From the NCBI RefSeq assembly GCF_001194135.2, contig NC_068984.1:6009446-6070707 (forward strand): 61,262 nucleotides of DNA, in the 5' to 3' direction. Within the stretch, counting starts at the first letter, position 1, and each line of letters starts with the position of its first letter. This stretch comes from Octopus bimaculoides. Lineage: Eukaryota. Below are positions 12,728 to 24,822 of the stretch, one piece after another. The position numbers and the translations under genes are program-made. The notes beneath the pieces were generated by a model, which made no database searches, was not told the DNA's origin, and saw only the letters and a program-made list of their open reading frames with translations.

Positions 12728-13859
12728 TACACTCACACACACACATTACATACATATATATATACGATTTTACTAAGATTTGGTGTACAAGAAGTACCTG
12801 TGCAGATGAATAATTTTCAATGGGTGTAGCTTGCATTGCTCTAAACCCCCGACACACACCTATTGGCCCAAGAAGACTTTCACCGGCGTGACATGAAAAT
12901 TGACAAAACCAGGAACTTCCAAGGCCTCGGGTTTTATATATCACAAATATTTCTGCACCGAAAACTCTGTCTTTGTGATCGCAACCACATGAAAAGTCAT
13001 CAACGGAGGAAGATTTTGGTAACTCAGTTTCTCGCTCTTCGGCCACGTGACCTCTATCCTTCCTCCCTCCATCTACCCCGCTCTTTATAATTACCTGTAT
13101 CACATCGCAATATGGTAAAACAGACTTCCCCATACACATTGAAATAGTTCGAGTTATATATAACTCTTCATGTCACTCATTTTCTCCTGGAAACGTATAA
13201 AGATTTCACATTTTTCTGTTTTCTTTGCACAGTTCACTTTTAGTTTCGAAACCACAATTCCTGCTTTTCCTTTTTTTCCCCGCCCCTCCCCTAGAATAAC
13301 AACCTCCATCTTCTACCAACTGACCTTCACCGTCGTCAGAATCCATTTCGCTAGACTGAAAACTTTGTTTTGCGATTATTTAGATTTCAGTCAGCTCTGA
13401 TCCACTAGACCTGCTATCAACCAAAGTCATCCCAACCATGGCCATCCCGAGTTTTGATATATCTTAGACTAAATTATCCAATGTGGCTCGTTATTTTAAT
13501 TTTTTTTTTTTTTTGATACAGTAGAATGCAATTTGAGAGGGATTTGGCTATTATTTCTAGCATGTTGGTTCGTAGTATGGTAATATAGAAGCAATGGTTC
13601 AACAATGTTTCTATGTCTGAATGGAATGTGAGCGTAATATTTCAATTTTACTCAGCCTAATTTGGAAGGGCAGGAACAACAAAGATCAATCGCCTTGCAC
13701 CTCCTACGCCCGTGAAGTACTTAAGAAAAACTTTTGCAAGACAAGGGTTTTAAAAAAGGATGTACAATTAAACCTCTGACCATACAATTATTCTGTGACC
13801 TATTAAAGTTCTTTGATTACTTCATCTTTAGAATACATTGTAATATTTAGATTCAAGAT

Positions 13860-14200
13860 ACGTTTAAAGAGAGGGTCTGTTTAGGGTATAACGTAGTTAT
13901 GAACATAAGGTGTGTTTAAGGCACAAAACATGCCAGCGCACAAGGTGTATATATAGTGCAAGTTATATTTAGAGGATAGGGTGTTTAACCAACAAGTTAT
14001 GTTTAAGGTGTAAGCCAGTATACAAGGTATTTTTAGGGCATATGGTGTGTTTACAGAACAAGTTAGTATTTACGGGGAAATGTTGTTTGTTTCGGTCAGA
14101 ATAGGTGCTAAGAGGCAGAAGGCGTGTTGCAGTGTGATTAGGGAATAAGATGCATTTTAGGAGCGAGGTGACAAGGTGTGTTTATTTAAGGTTGTACGTG
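13860..14200. repeat. Degenerate ~18-bp minisatellite, consensus about AGGTGTGTTTAGGGCACA
   Basis: Recurrent units such as aggtgtgtttaaggcaca, aggtgtatatatagtgca, agttatatttagaggata, aggtatttttagggcata, tggtgtgtttacagaaca. Confidence 0.7.
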
Positions 14201-14979
14201 AGAAACGTGGTAAATTACTGAATCTTTGATGGGTGAATCTCAAGGTTTTGTGGTGGTAGACTTAATCCCTAGTTTAACTGGGTCTATGGGTTGCATTTCT
14301 CGGAATACACTCCACTGCAAGGATCCGGGTTACATTTTCGACTTAAGAATAACTTTCTCTTCCCAGTCTAGAAGACTCCAAACAAGGTCACAGTCGACGC
14401 ATTTCATCCTTTGAAACACGTAAAAAAAAGTCGATCTTGGCAAGATATTACATTAGCATGGAGACATAGTACGCAAGAGAGGGATATATATATATATATA
14501 TATATANNNNNNNNNNNNNNNNNNNNNNNNNNNNNNNNNNNNNNNNNNNNNNNNNNNNNNNNNNNNNNNNNNNNNNNNNNNNNNNNNNNNNNNNNNNNNN
14601 NNNNNNNNNNNNNNNNNNNNNNNNNNNNNNNNNNNNNNNNNNNNNNNNNNNNNNNNNNNNNNNNNNNNNNNNNNNNNNNNNNNNNNNNNNNNNNNNNNNN
14701 NNNNNNNNNNNNNNNNNNNNNNNNNNNNNNNNNNNNNNNNNNNNNNNNNNNNNNNNNNNNNNNNNNNNNNNNNNNNNNNNNNNNNNNNNNNNNNNNNNNN
14801 NNNNNNNNNNNNNNNNNNNNNNNNNNNNNNNNNNNNNNNNNNNNNNNNNNNNNNNNNNNNNNNNNNNNNNNNNNNNNNNNNNNNNNNNNNNNNNNNNNNN
14901 NNNNNNNNNNNNNNNNNNNNNNNNNNNNNNNNNNNNNNNNNNNNNNNNNNNNNNNNNNNNNNNNNNNNNNNNNNNNNNN

Positions 14980-15016
<37 letters not shown>

Positions 15017-15989
15017 GTGTGTGTATGTATTTATGCATAAACAAACAAAATCAATATATTTTTTGCAAATGGCGAGCTTTGATGTAAAGACGATAAAGTT
15101 GTCGATGAGACGATTCTTGTAACCTGTTTCGATATCATAGTACACTTCTGGGGAAAAGCATAAACATCCTCCAGTGAGGTAACCATGGTTGCTTCGCCTG
15201 CAAGAAATACATATCAGTCCAGAATTTATTGTCTTCGTAAAGGACACACTGCTTAATACAATTCTGAAGGTATTGCATCTGAGAGTGTGTGTGCGGGGGG
15301 GTGTTCATGTTTGTTCAAAGCTGATGTAGGATCAAGCAACACCATAAAATGTTCCATTTCCAACTTCCAATAAAACGTGATGTGTGACGCCAGGTCAAAC
15401 ATACACCTAATATTTCTTCGTTTATTTCGTGGTTATTTCTGAGTTCGAATCTACGAGTTTACTAACAAGAATGGTCTTGTGTTTGCAATGAAACCAAATA
15501 CTTGTCGTTACCAGCTTTGAAGAGCAACGAGCCTAATACATAACAAGACCAGTTTGCAATCCGCTTACCTTTATTAGCCTCTAGTCAATATTCAAAGAGC
15601 CAGGGTCTCGGGAAAGGATCAGTCCATCTGCTTCACCGTAAATATCGGCCATTTGTACCTCACCAAAGAGAAACCAATGTATCGCTTGACAATGAATGTC
15701 AAGCGATATTACTTGAAGTTACCCACTTCTGTCTTGTTTTGTAGTCGTAACTTGCCGCAGTTGACTATAGGTTTCAAATTTTCTCAGTGTCATACTGTAT
15801 CAGTAATATACTGGGTCTGTTGCAAGCATCTATGCCATGTACCACTTATATTGTAAATATTTCGGCCAGATCTTTGGTTTCAGAATAACTTGTCTCTCTT
15901 TCACCCACCAATCACAGACGCTCTAGAAACGATCATACTGGTTGCCTTTCCTCTTCTGACTCTTAGGATAAATTGACTTGTCACTATTT

Positions 15990-16076
<87 letters not shown>

Positions 16077-16255
16077 TAATTTATTCACTTTTGGTGCCGG
16101 CTAAATTAGAGTTAGAGGTTAGTTAAAAGGACGCCTTAGTTGGTTAGGGTGAAGGCGAAGTTGATTAAATATTCCGGTCGGTGTGGTTTCCAGTCGATCT
16201 GCGTCGACAACCAAGATAAAGAGTTCGCCACGATCCTGTCCACTCAGCCATAAGT

Positions 16256-16376
16256 AATTACACCACAGTACTCAGTTCACTCAGTTGCAAGGAGGTACAC
16301 CACAGAACGTAGGTTACTAGGCTGTAAGTAGGTGCACCACATTAATCAGTCTGCTAGGCTGTCATAGGTACTCACC
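16256..16376. repeat. Degenerate 37-bp tandem repeat, about 3.3 copies
   Basis: caccaca at 16261, 16298 and 16335; aggt(a/g) at 16293, 16330 and 16366; ctaggctgt twice. Confidence 0.7.
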
Positions 16377-16865
16377 AATATAAACTACTGTAAACTGGTG
16401 AGGACTTCCACTGCTTATTATCACTACCACTACACGTTCCACCACATTTGTACCGCCAACAGCACCATCTTACTACCACCACCACCACCTCATCACCACC
16501 ACCACCACCACCACCACTATCACCTTCCTCAGTAAATAAAATATCACTCTTTCAATAAGACTCTCATTCCCCCCCCCCTGCGTCAATCGCTCTGCACCTG
16601 TAACCTTTCTCTTTCGTATTCTCTTCCTATCTCTCTCTTCTCCCCCCCCCCACTGTCGCTAATTTACTCTTTATCTTTCTCCCTCTGACTCCTCCTCTCT
16701 CTAATACAATACGAATTACACTTGATGCNNNNNNNNNNNNNNNNNNNNNNNNNNNNNNNNNNNNNNNNNNNNNNNNNNNNNNNNNNNNNNNNNNNNNNNN
16801 NNNNNNNNNNNNNNNNNNNNNNNNNNNNNNNNNNNNNNNNNNNNNNNNNNNNNNNNNNNNNNNNN

Positions 16866-16917
<52 letters not shown>

Positions 16918-17476
16918 CAACTATGGTGTTTATAAATGTAAAAAGGCATTACTAATTATTACTGTTGTGGTTACACTGATTATTTAATTAGATTATTTAA
17001 TTAGCCACAGAAACACTGCCAACACCAACACTTATTCCGTCTTTTTTTTTAAGTCGTATTTTTGTGATCTGTTTTTGTTGCATTTTTTGAATTGATCCCA
17101 AGTCCGTCACACGAGTTTTACATCAACCCCAAGTCACTCGAGTCCTTGTATACCTTCAACGGAGTGCTCGCTGTTGTAAGCATTCAGGTCAAAGATCCAT
17201 TCTGAAGACATCATCTGCCCGCCACACAAGTAGTCACAGAGGCCCTGAAAAGTGTTAGGCTGCAAGATTTAGATGAAGATAGGCCCCACGCCTGTTTCAT
17301 TCCTGAGGCCCCTGCCAATTACTCACCCTCGTCATTCGAAATATTCGATATTTGCCTGGAATAGCCACAGACTTTGAAGCTCTAGTCTTCAGCTTGTGAA
17401 CTTCATAGGGAAATCTAGCACCAGTTATGAGTGTCATTCTACCTCTTCATTATTATCATTATTATTATTATTGATG

Positions 17477-17541
<65 letters not shown>

Positions 17542-18099
17542 AAAGCTTCCATATAACCCTGCCATCTAACCAACGGAACTCACGATTCTGCTCCAACAAA
17601 ACTTTATACGTACATGCATACGTACGTATAAAGCTTGCACCGAAAACCAGCTGGAGGAGAATCCGCTTGGGATTAAACTAGTAAGTAGCATTCATCTGCC
17701 ACTTTAATATGGCTACTCGCTTTATTGTTGACACACATACACACACACATTGTGTTGGACAAACAATTCCAGGTTTCATTAATTATTTAATGTTTTATAT
17801 TACAAGAAGAAAATAGCTCATTACAGTTGTTTGCATCAACCACTCGCAGAATCTCTGAAACAGCTGTAAAGAACTAACTTCTTGTATATACATCTTCTAT
17901 AAATAAATTACTGCCATCTATGGTTATCTGCTCACCGCCAGTTCTGTCTCTTTGCTTCTCGTTCGAGCTATGTATTTCTCAAAGCCAACTATTGTGCTAA
18001 TGGACTATTTTACCTTTATTAGGAAGTTGGAATTTAAGAGTATGTTTAACCAGTTCAAGCACAATGCGTTCCTATTCTACGCTTATATTGGCGTTTTCT

Positions 18100-18625
18100 C
18101 ATCTGCAACAGCTTGCAAGGAATTCCACAAACAAAATGAAAGTACTGTTAGTAACGAAATTGAAAGCGAGGTTGTGTCTGGCAACAGTGGAGTCTGTTCT
18201 TCTATACGAGGCTGAAACATGGACGCTCACTAAAGCGTTGAAAAAGCAGTTGGACGGTTGTTATTCGAGGATGCTTAGTATGGCACTCGATGTCTCCTGG
18301 AAGAGTCATACAACACACGCCAACTTATACCGGGGACCACCAAAAGTAACATTGAAGGTAGAGCATAGAAGGATGAGGCGAGCTGGACACTGCGTTAGAG
18401 ACACCGATGAAATTGCTAATAAGCTAGTGCTCTGGCAACCAACAGAAGGAAGAACCAAGAGAGGAAGGAGGAAGACGACCTATAATGAGAACTTGCCGGA
18501 GGATACCGGTATGGAAGGAGTACAAGAGTTGAGGACCATTATGGAAGATCGAGATGAATGGGGGAAACGTGTGGAAATGGTCTTAAGGCGTCCTATGGGA
18601 CGAACTAGATAGATGAGATGATGGA
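18100..18625 (+). mobile_element. RTE-clade LINE, 5'-truncated 3' end
   Basis: ORF 18064-18612 has LK.RL..ATVESVLLY.AETWTL..LDGCY.RML.AL..SW, GHC.R, V.WQP..G....GR and DR..W motifs, followed by a short agat(g) repeat tail. Confidence 0.88.
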
Positions 18626-18794
18626 TATATTCCTTAGAGTGAATATATTTATTGTACTTTAAAACATAAAAGTTACAAGTTTTCCATGCATAAAATTTTC
18701 TTCCGGATTATTTCCATCTGAAGAATGTTCTGTTATGCATGAAACTTAAAGTAATTTGAAATGTAATTCTGTCTATCTACCTACGCAACTACCG

Positions 18795-18834
<40 letters not shown>

Positions 18835-20270
18835 NNNNNNNNNNNNNNNNNNNNNNNNNNNNNNNNNNNNNNNNNNNNNNNNNNNNNNNNNNNNNNNNNN
18901 NNNNNNNNNNNNNNNNNNNNNNNNNNNNNNNNNNNNNNNNNNNNNNNNNNNNNNNNNNNNNNNNNNNNNNNNNNNNNNNNNNNNNNNNNNNNNNNNNNNN
19001 NNNNNNNNNNNNNNNNNNNNNNNNNNNNNNNNNNNNNNNNNNNNNNNNNNNNNNNNNNNNNNNNNNNNNNNNNNNNNNNNNNNNNNNNNNNNNNNNNNNN
19101 NNNNNNNNNNNNNNNNNNNNNNNNNNNNNNNNNNNNNNNNNNNNNNNNNNNNNNNNNNNNNNNNNNNNNNNNNNNNNNNNNNNNNNNNNNNNNNNNNNNN
19201 NNNNNNNNNNNNNNNNNNNNNNNNNNNNNNNNNNNNNNNNNNNNNNNNNNNNNNNNNNNNNNNNNNNNNNNNNNNNNNNNNNNNNNNNNNNNNNNNNNNN
19301 NNNNNNNNNNNNNNNNNNNNNNNNNNNNNNNNNNNNNNNNNNNNNNNNNNNNNNNNNNNNNNNNNNNNNNNNNNNNNNNNNNNNNNNNNNNNNNNNNNNN
19401 NNNNNNNNNNNNNNNNNNNNNNNNNNNNNNNNNNNTATATATATATATATATATATATATATGCGTATATATGTATCTATGTACATATGCGTATATATGT
19501 AATTATCTATCCATGTGCATGTGTGTGTGTGTGTGTGTGCGTGCGCGCGTATAATGTAATATATAAATGTGTGTGTGTGTGTGTGTATGGTTGTTTAGTA
19601 GTTTTATGTGATTGACATGCTGAATGAAAGACTCAAGTACTAATCGTAAAATCAAAATGATAATGATATTACTTTTATTGTAAAATGTTGACTGTTTACT
19701 TGCAAGTTTCGAAAGTACCATCCAGGTAAAAAAAAATCACATGCCATTTAAACGAACATAGCATTGAACATTTCGGAGACGGAGTTAATCTGTTTATTAC
19801 TAACCACCAAAGAGAGAAAGAAAGAAAGACAGGGACAAGGAAGGGAGGACTGATAGAGAGGGAGAGATGTGTAGTTATATCATTAGTATTTGTTCTTCGC
19901 TGCTGCATCCTATAGTGTTAATCCTTAGTTGATAACACTGCTTTGTACTTAGTGAACTTAGCAGTGGGGAGGCACACACATCACAATACAGGCACGCGAT
20001 TTTACGGTTTTATATATACCAATGAACATACATTCAATTATTCGATATACATACATATATATATATAATTATGTGTATTTCTTCTATCTTAATGAATAAA
20101 AATTCTTCTGATAGAATAAATGGGTTAATAGAAACCAATGTAGCAAAGAACACAAAATAACTGTAGTTAGCTCCTGTTTTTAAGGCAGGAACTCCTTGAA
20201 ATTTTGGGTATTTGAGTATATTTAAGAATTTAAGGATTGGAGAAAACGCATGTTATAATTGCATACTTTA

Positions 20271-20354
20271 TTCCTACATATGTTTCAAAGGATTACAACC
20301 TGTGTGATCCATAGGGATCTTTGATATTAAAATTGTAACCTTCTCATCAGGGAA
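20271..20354 (-). ncRNA. Type I minimal hammerhead ribozyme (Penelope/retrozyme type) with complete catalytic core
   Basis: Minus strand reads UUCC-CUGAUGA-GAAGG UUACAA..GAUCC cuau GGAUC..UUGUAA u CCUUU-GAA-ACAUAUGU-A-GGAA. Helix I is 4 bp, helix II is extended, and helix III is an 8-nt palindrome. Predicted cleavage is after GUA (between 20275 and 20274). Folded by eye; activity untested. Confidence 0.72.
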
Positions 20355-20503
20355 AGCATGGGAATCATCTTAAACGTAAGACATTATGACCGATTATGAA
20401 AACAATAGATGGANNNNNNNNNNNNNNNNNNNNNNNNNNNNNNNNNNNNNNNNNNNNNNNNNNNNNNNNNNNNNNNNNNNNNNNNNNNNNNNNNNNNNNN
20501 NNN

Positions 20504-20543
<40 letters not shown>

Positions 20544-20608
20544 AAGAGGCGCCGGGCTGTTGTGTTCCCTGACGATATATATATATATAATTTTACACGA
20601 AAAGGCTG

Positions 20609-20691
20609 ATAGTGACTTCGAAGTATCGGCTTCTTGGTCTTCATCAGACTGCGTGGTGAAAGCGAGCAAGCCAAAATTTCGAAGTCACTGT
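20609..20691. repeat. Inverted pair of degenerate minimal hammerhead motifs (23-bp imperfect arms)
   Basis: Arms 20609-20631 and 20669-20691 share AGTGACTTCGAA. The two strands carry equally spaced CUGAUGA/GUGGUGA ... GCC GAU/AAA A(C/U)UUCGAAGU C ACU units. Confidence 0.7.
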
Positions 20692-20814
20692 TTTTTCTTT
20701 CCTCTTAAATGTACTCTACAAAACAGTATTGAGTAATCCTTCAGTATAATGCTAAATTGCTGACATAAAAACAATGATTAACGTGTGTGTATGTGCGTGT
20801 GTGTGTGTTTGTGC

Positions 20815-21196
20815 ATGCGTGTGTGGTATGTAGCTTGCTTACCAACCACATGGTCCTGAGTTCAGTCCCACTGCATGACACCTTGGGCAAGTGTCTTCTA
20901 CTATAACCTCGGGCCGACCAAAGCCTTGTGAATGGATTTGGTAGACGGAAACTGGAAGAAGCTCGTCGTATATGTGTATATATGTTTGTGTGTATATATG
21001 TTTGTGTATCTGTGTTTGTTCCTCCAGCATCGCTTGACAACCAATGCTGGACAACCAATGCGGTTCGGCAAAAGAGACCGATAGAATAAGTACTAGGCTT
21101 ACAAAGAATAAGTCCTGGTGTTGATTTGTTCGACTAAAGGCGGTGCTCCATCATGGCCGCAGTCAAATGACTGAAACAAGTAAAAGAGTAAAGAGA
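20815..21196 (+). mobile_element. tRNA-derived SINE family B (CORE-like ccttgggcaagt segment), full length
   Basis: gtgtggtatgtagcttgct..gagttcagtccc (B box)..ccttgggcaagtgtcttctact..ggcggtgctccatcatggccgcagtcaaatgactgaaacaagtaaaaga. Many copies in the window. Confidence 0.9.
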
Positions 21197-21786
21197 GAGT
21201 ATATAAATAATTGGTTACTATATAAATTTAGGCATCTAGTATTTTGTGGATACATTAAATTCATAAGTGCACTGATTACAAAACTTGTACGTGCAGGAAA
21301 AGGCGCACAGCATAGAGGAAATCTAAGGCGATCTACTTTGTATCCAGGCATATCACTAATTCTTAATGGCGAGACGTTACAAAGGGCTGAGAGTTTCATA
21401 CTGAGTCGAAGACACTCGCCCAAGTTGGTATGGAATAAGATGAGATCAGGAATCAAGTGGTTGAGTTCATGTGTGAGTGTGTGAGTGTGTATGTGTGTGT
21501 GGGTTATGTACATCACATATAAATGCCAAGATCCATGCAGTAATTGCCTGTTCTACATAAATCGAATTCGCTCTGTGACCCAGTTTTGGTAAACTTCTGG
21601 AACCATTCTACGTCAGCAATGTCCTTGGGAAATACATAATACATAGCAAAACTGAAATGTCTGACCAATATATTCTATTGTTCTATGCATATGCTGTCTG
21701 TCGTATATAAACATGTGTGTGTGTGAGTGCGTGCATATGTATACGTGTGTGTATATGTGTATGTGCGTATGTATGTAACTGTGTGC

Positions 21787-21854
<68 letters not shown>

Positions 21855-22899
21855 TATGTATGTATATGTATGTATGTATATATATACGCACACATTTATA
21901 TATTTATATGCGCGTGTATATGTGTGTGTGCATGTGTGTACTTGGTAATTGGCTTTCGATATACACCTGTTACAACCAGGAAAGAACACAATCGAAATAA
22001 TATTGAATTAGCTTATTAAATTTATTAAATGTTCGTTGAATCAACTTCGTTTTTTCTACCAGTGTAAATTTCATGAAAAAACAATATCTAGTTCATAGCA
22101 TTAGGTTGCCAAATGGTTTCAGGGATCAAGAGAGCGTTCACTGGCGAGAAAAGGTAAGATGAGAGGTCTCGTTGAGCACAATATTAGGGATCTGGACTCG
22201 ACAGTGAGAACATAGACGAGCGTGAAATAGAAAAGTCGTGTCCATATAGACTTAGTTTTCGTCTAGCTTATCCAATTTCATGGAGCTCACCGATCACCAA
22301 TCTCTGCGTACAGAAAATGAAGTCATCAATGCCAGCTAACGAATGACAACCCTGTCGGTTTGGTAATATCTAAACCAGTCAAGGAAGGATCGTGCTTCCC
22401 CGTAACTTTGGAATAAAAGTTTGTACTTATTTACTGTAGTGAATCAGGACATTTTAACTAATTAATCACCATTATAACTCTGGTGAGAAGAATTGATCAT
22501 TAATCTAATGATTATTTCGTCTCATTAAGGGGTTGCAATTTTAATCAATTACAATTTCTTGGTTCAATGCTATATGTACCTTAGCACCGACTTAACTATG
22601 TAGTTTTATTGCAGAGTGTATGTAACGATATTTTTCTTTTAGTTCATTCAGTAATTAATATTTGTGTGAGCGGTGTGCAGTCATTCGGCAAATAAATCTA
22701 TCTTAAATAAAATGAATATATTGAAAAAGTTAAAAGGTTCCACACGAATAAAATTATGTTAAAAATCAAAAAGATACCCTTTGGGAACTTTATCGTAGAC
22801 GAAAGAAAGTAAATATTTACATTTCTATGAAAATATGCTACCGGTTCCAATCGTTTTAAAGACAATTTAGTCATTTAGTCCTGCTAGAAAAGAATATAA

Positions 22900-22964
<65 letters not shown>

Positions 22965-23114
22965 AGGGCAGCGAGCTGGCTGAATCGTTAGCACGCCGGG
23001 TGAAATGTTTAGCGGTATTTCGTCTGCCGGTACTTTCTGAGTTCAAATTCCGCTGAGGTCGACTTTACCTTTCATCCTTTCGGGGTCGATTAAATAAGTA
23101 ACAGTTACGCACTG
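22965..23114 (+). mobile_element. SINE family A, 3'-truncated
   Basis: agggcagcgagctggctgaatcgttagcacgccggg..gagttcaaattccgctgaggtcgac. Confidence 0.88.
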
Positions 23115-23514
23115 TAATTCGAGCCAACCTTCTATGGTGATTTGTCACGCATTTAGCGCATGTATGTGTGTGTGAGTGCGTGCGTAAAACTTAACTCATA
23201 AGAATCTAGATTTCTAAGATTTATGTCTGGGTAACAAGGATAGCAGGAGAGAGTGTATCTATAATAAACTGAAGAATTTGTACGCTATTAACTCGATCTG
23301 GAAAATCCTTCCACGAAATTGTACAATAGCACTGTATAGACTGGTTGAAACCTGTTTACTTTGAGACAAACACCCGAACACTACGTAAAGTTTAATCCAA
23401 TCCTCTTATAAGCGTATTGGTACCATCTTTCACAACCGTCATTTCATTTACCAGTTTTTCGTTTGTTTTAGTTCAAATACAGGAATTACAACCTTGTAAT
23501 TCCCTTCGAATATA

Positions 23515-23716
23515 TACATACTTACATTTGACGGATATTTGTCCTCATCTTGTTTATTGTTAACACAACGTTTCGACCGATGTACCCTCCAGCCTTCATT
23601 ACCTGTCTTGGGGAAATTTCGAACGTGGATTCTCATTCCTAAGGTATTTTTCGATGTTATTATTATTATCATTATTCAGGTTAGTAGCCCACGATCTTAA
23701 CCACTACGCCATATGG
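23515..23716 (-). mobile_element. tRNA-headed SINE family D with internal deletion and a hammerhead-like 3' segment
   Basis: The minus strand begins catatggcgtagtggttaagatcgtgggctactaacc (tRNA-like A box) and later reads gacag-gtaatga-a-ggctg..cggtc-gaa-acgt-t-gtgtt. Confidence 0.65.
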
Positions 23717-24618
23717 GTATATGTATGTATGTATATATATATATATNNNNNNNNNNNNNNNNNNNNNNNNNNNNNNNNNNNNNNNNNNNNNNNNNNNNNN
23801 NNNNNNNNNNNNNNNNNNNNNNNNNNNNNNNNNNNNNNNNNNNNNNNNNNNNNNNNNNNNNNNNNNNNNNNNNNNNNNNNNNNNNNNNNNNNNNNNNNNN
23901 NNNNNNNNNNNNNNNNNNNNNNNNNNNNNNNNNNNNNNNNNNNNNNNNNNNNNNNNNNNNNNNNNNNNNNNNNNNNNNNNNNNNNNNNNNNNNNNNNNNN
24001 NNNNNNNNNNNNNNNNNNNNNNNNNNNNNNNNNNNNNNNNNNNNNNNNNNNNNNNNNNNNNNNNNNNNNNNNNNNNNNNNNNNNNNNNNNNNNNNNNNNN
24101 NNNNNNNNNNNNNNNNNNNNNNNNNNNNNNNNNNNNNNNNNNNNNNNNNNNNNNNNNNNNNNNNNNNNNNNNNNNNNNNNNNNNNNNNNNNNNNNNNNNN
24201 NNNNNNNNNNNNNNNNNNNNNNNNNNNNNNNNNNNNNNNNNNNNNNNNNNNNNNNNNNNNNNNNNNNNNNNNNNNNNNNNNNNNNNNNNNNNNNNNNNNN
24301 NNNNNNNNNNNNNNNNNNNNNNNNNNNNNNNNNNNNNNNNNNNNNNNNNNNNNNNNNNNNNNNNNNNNNNNNNNNNNNNNNNNNNNNNNNNNNNNNNNNN
24401 NNNNNNNNNNNNNNNNNNNNNNNNNNNNNNNNNNNNNNNNNNNNNNNNNNNNNNNNNNNNNNNNNNNNNNNNNNNNNNNNNNNNNNNNNNNNNNNNNNNN
24501 NNNNNNNNNNNNNNNNNNNNNNNNNNNNNNNNNNNNNNNNNNNNNNNNNTATATATATATATATATATATATCATGTGTGTGAGCGGGTGCATTAACAAA
24601 AAAAAAACGTGTCAAACT

Positions 24619-24822
24619 CACATCAGTTCTCGGAGTTTCTCGCCAAGCCACGAGTGTGAGGTTATTCGATTTTCAATTGGTAATCCACACGCACGTGCTA
24701 ACTTTTGCGTGAGGCTTCACACACCAGCTGATCAACGAGGGCACGTGCGTGGATTACCGATGGGCAATCGGATAACCTCACGCTCATTCACGGGTGGCAG
24801 GGAAACTCCGAGTCCTGATGTG
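24619..24822. repeat. GC-rich 204-nt imperfect foldback (MITE-like or structured RNA)
   Basis: Nested helices: 24619-24639 with 24802-24822, 24652-24671 with 24766-24785, and 24676-24698 with 24741-24761. Confidence 0.85.

Noticed and set aside
16256-16376. 37-bp periodicity as a CRISPR array
   Set aside because: Eukaryotic context, with degenerate tandem units and no repeat-spacer alternation.
23133-23147. TAT GGT GAT TTG (YGDL) as Kv4 exon 2
   Set aside because: No acceptor AG and no S6 sequence downstream.
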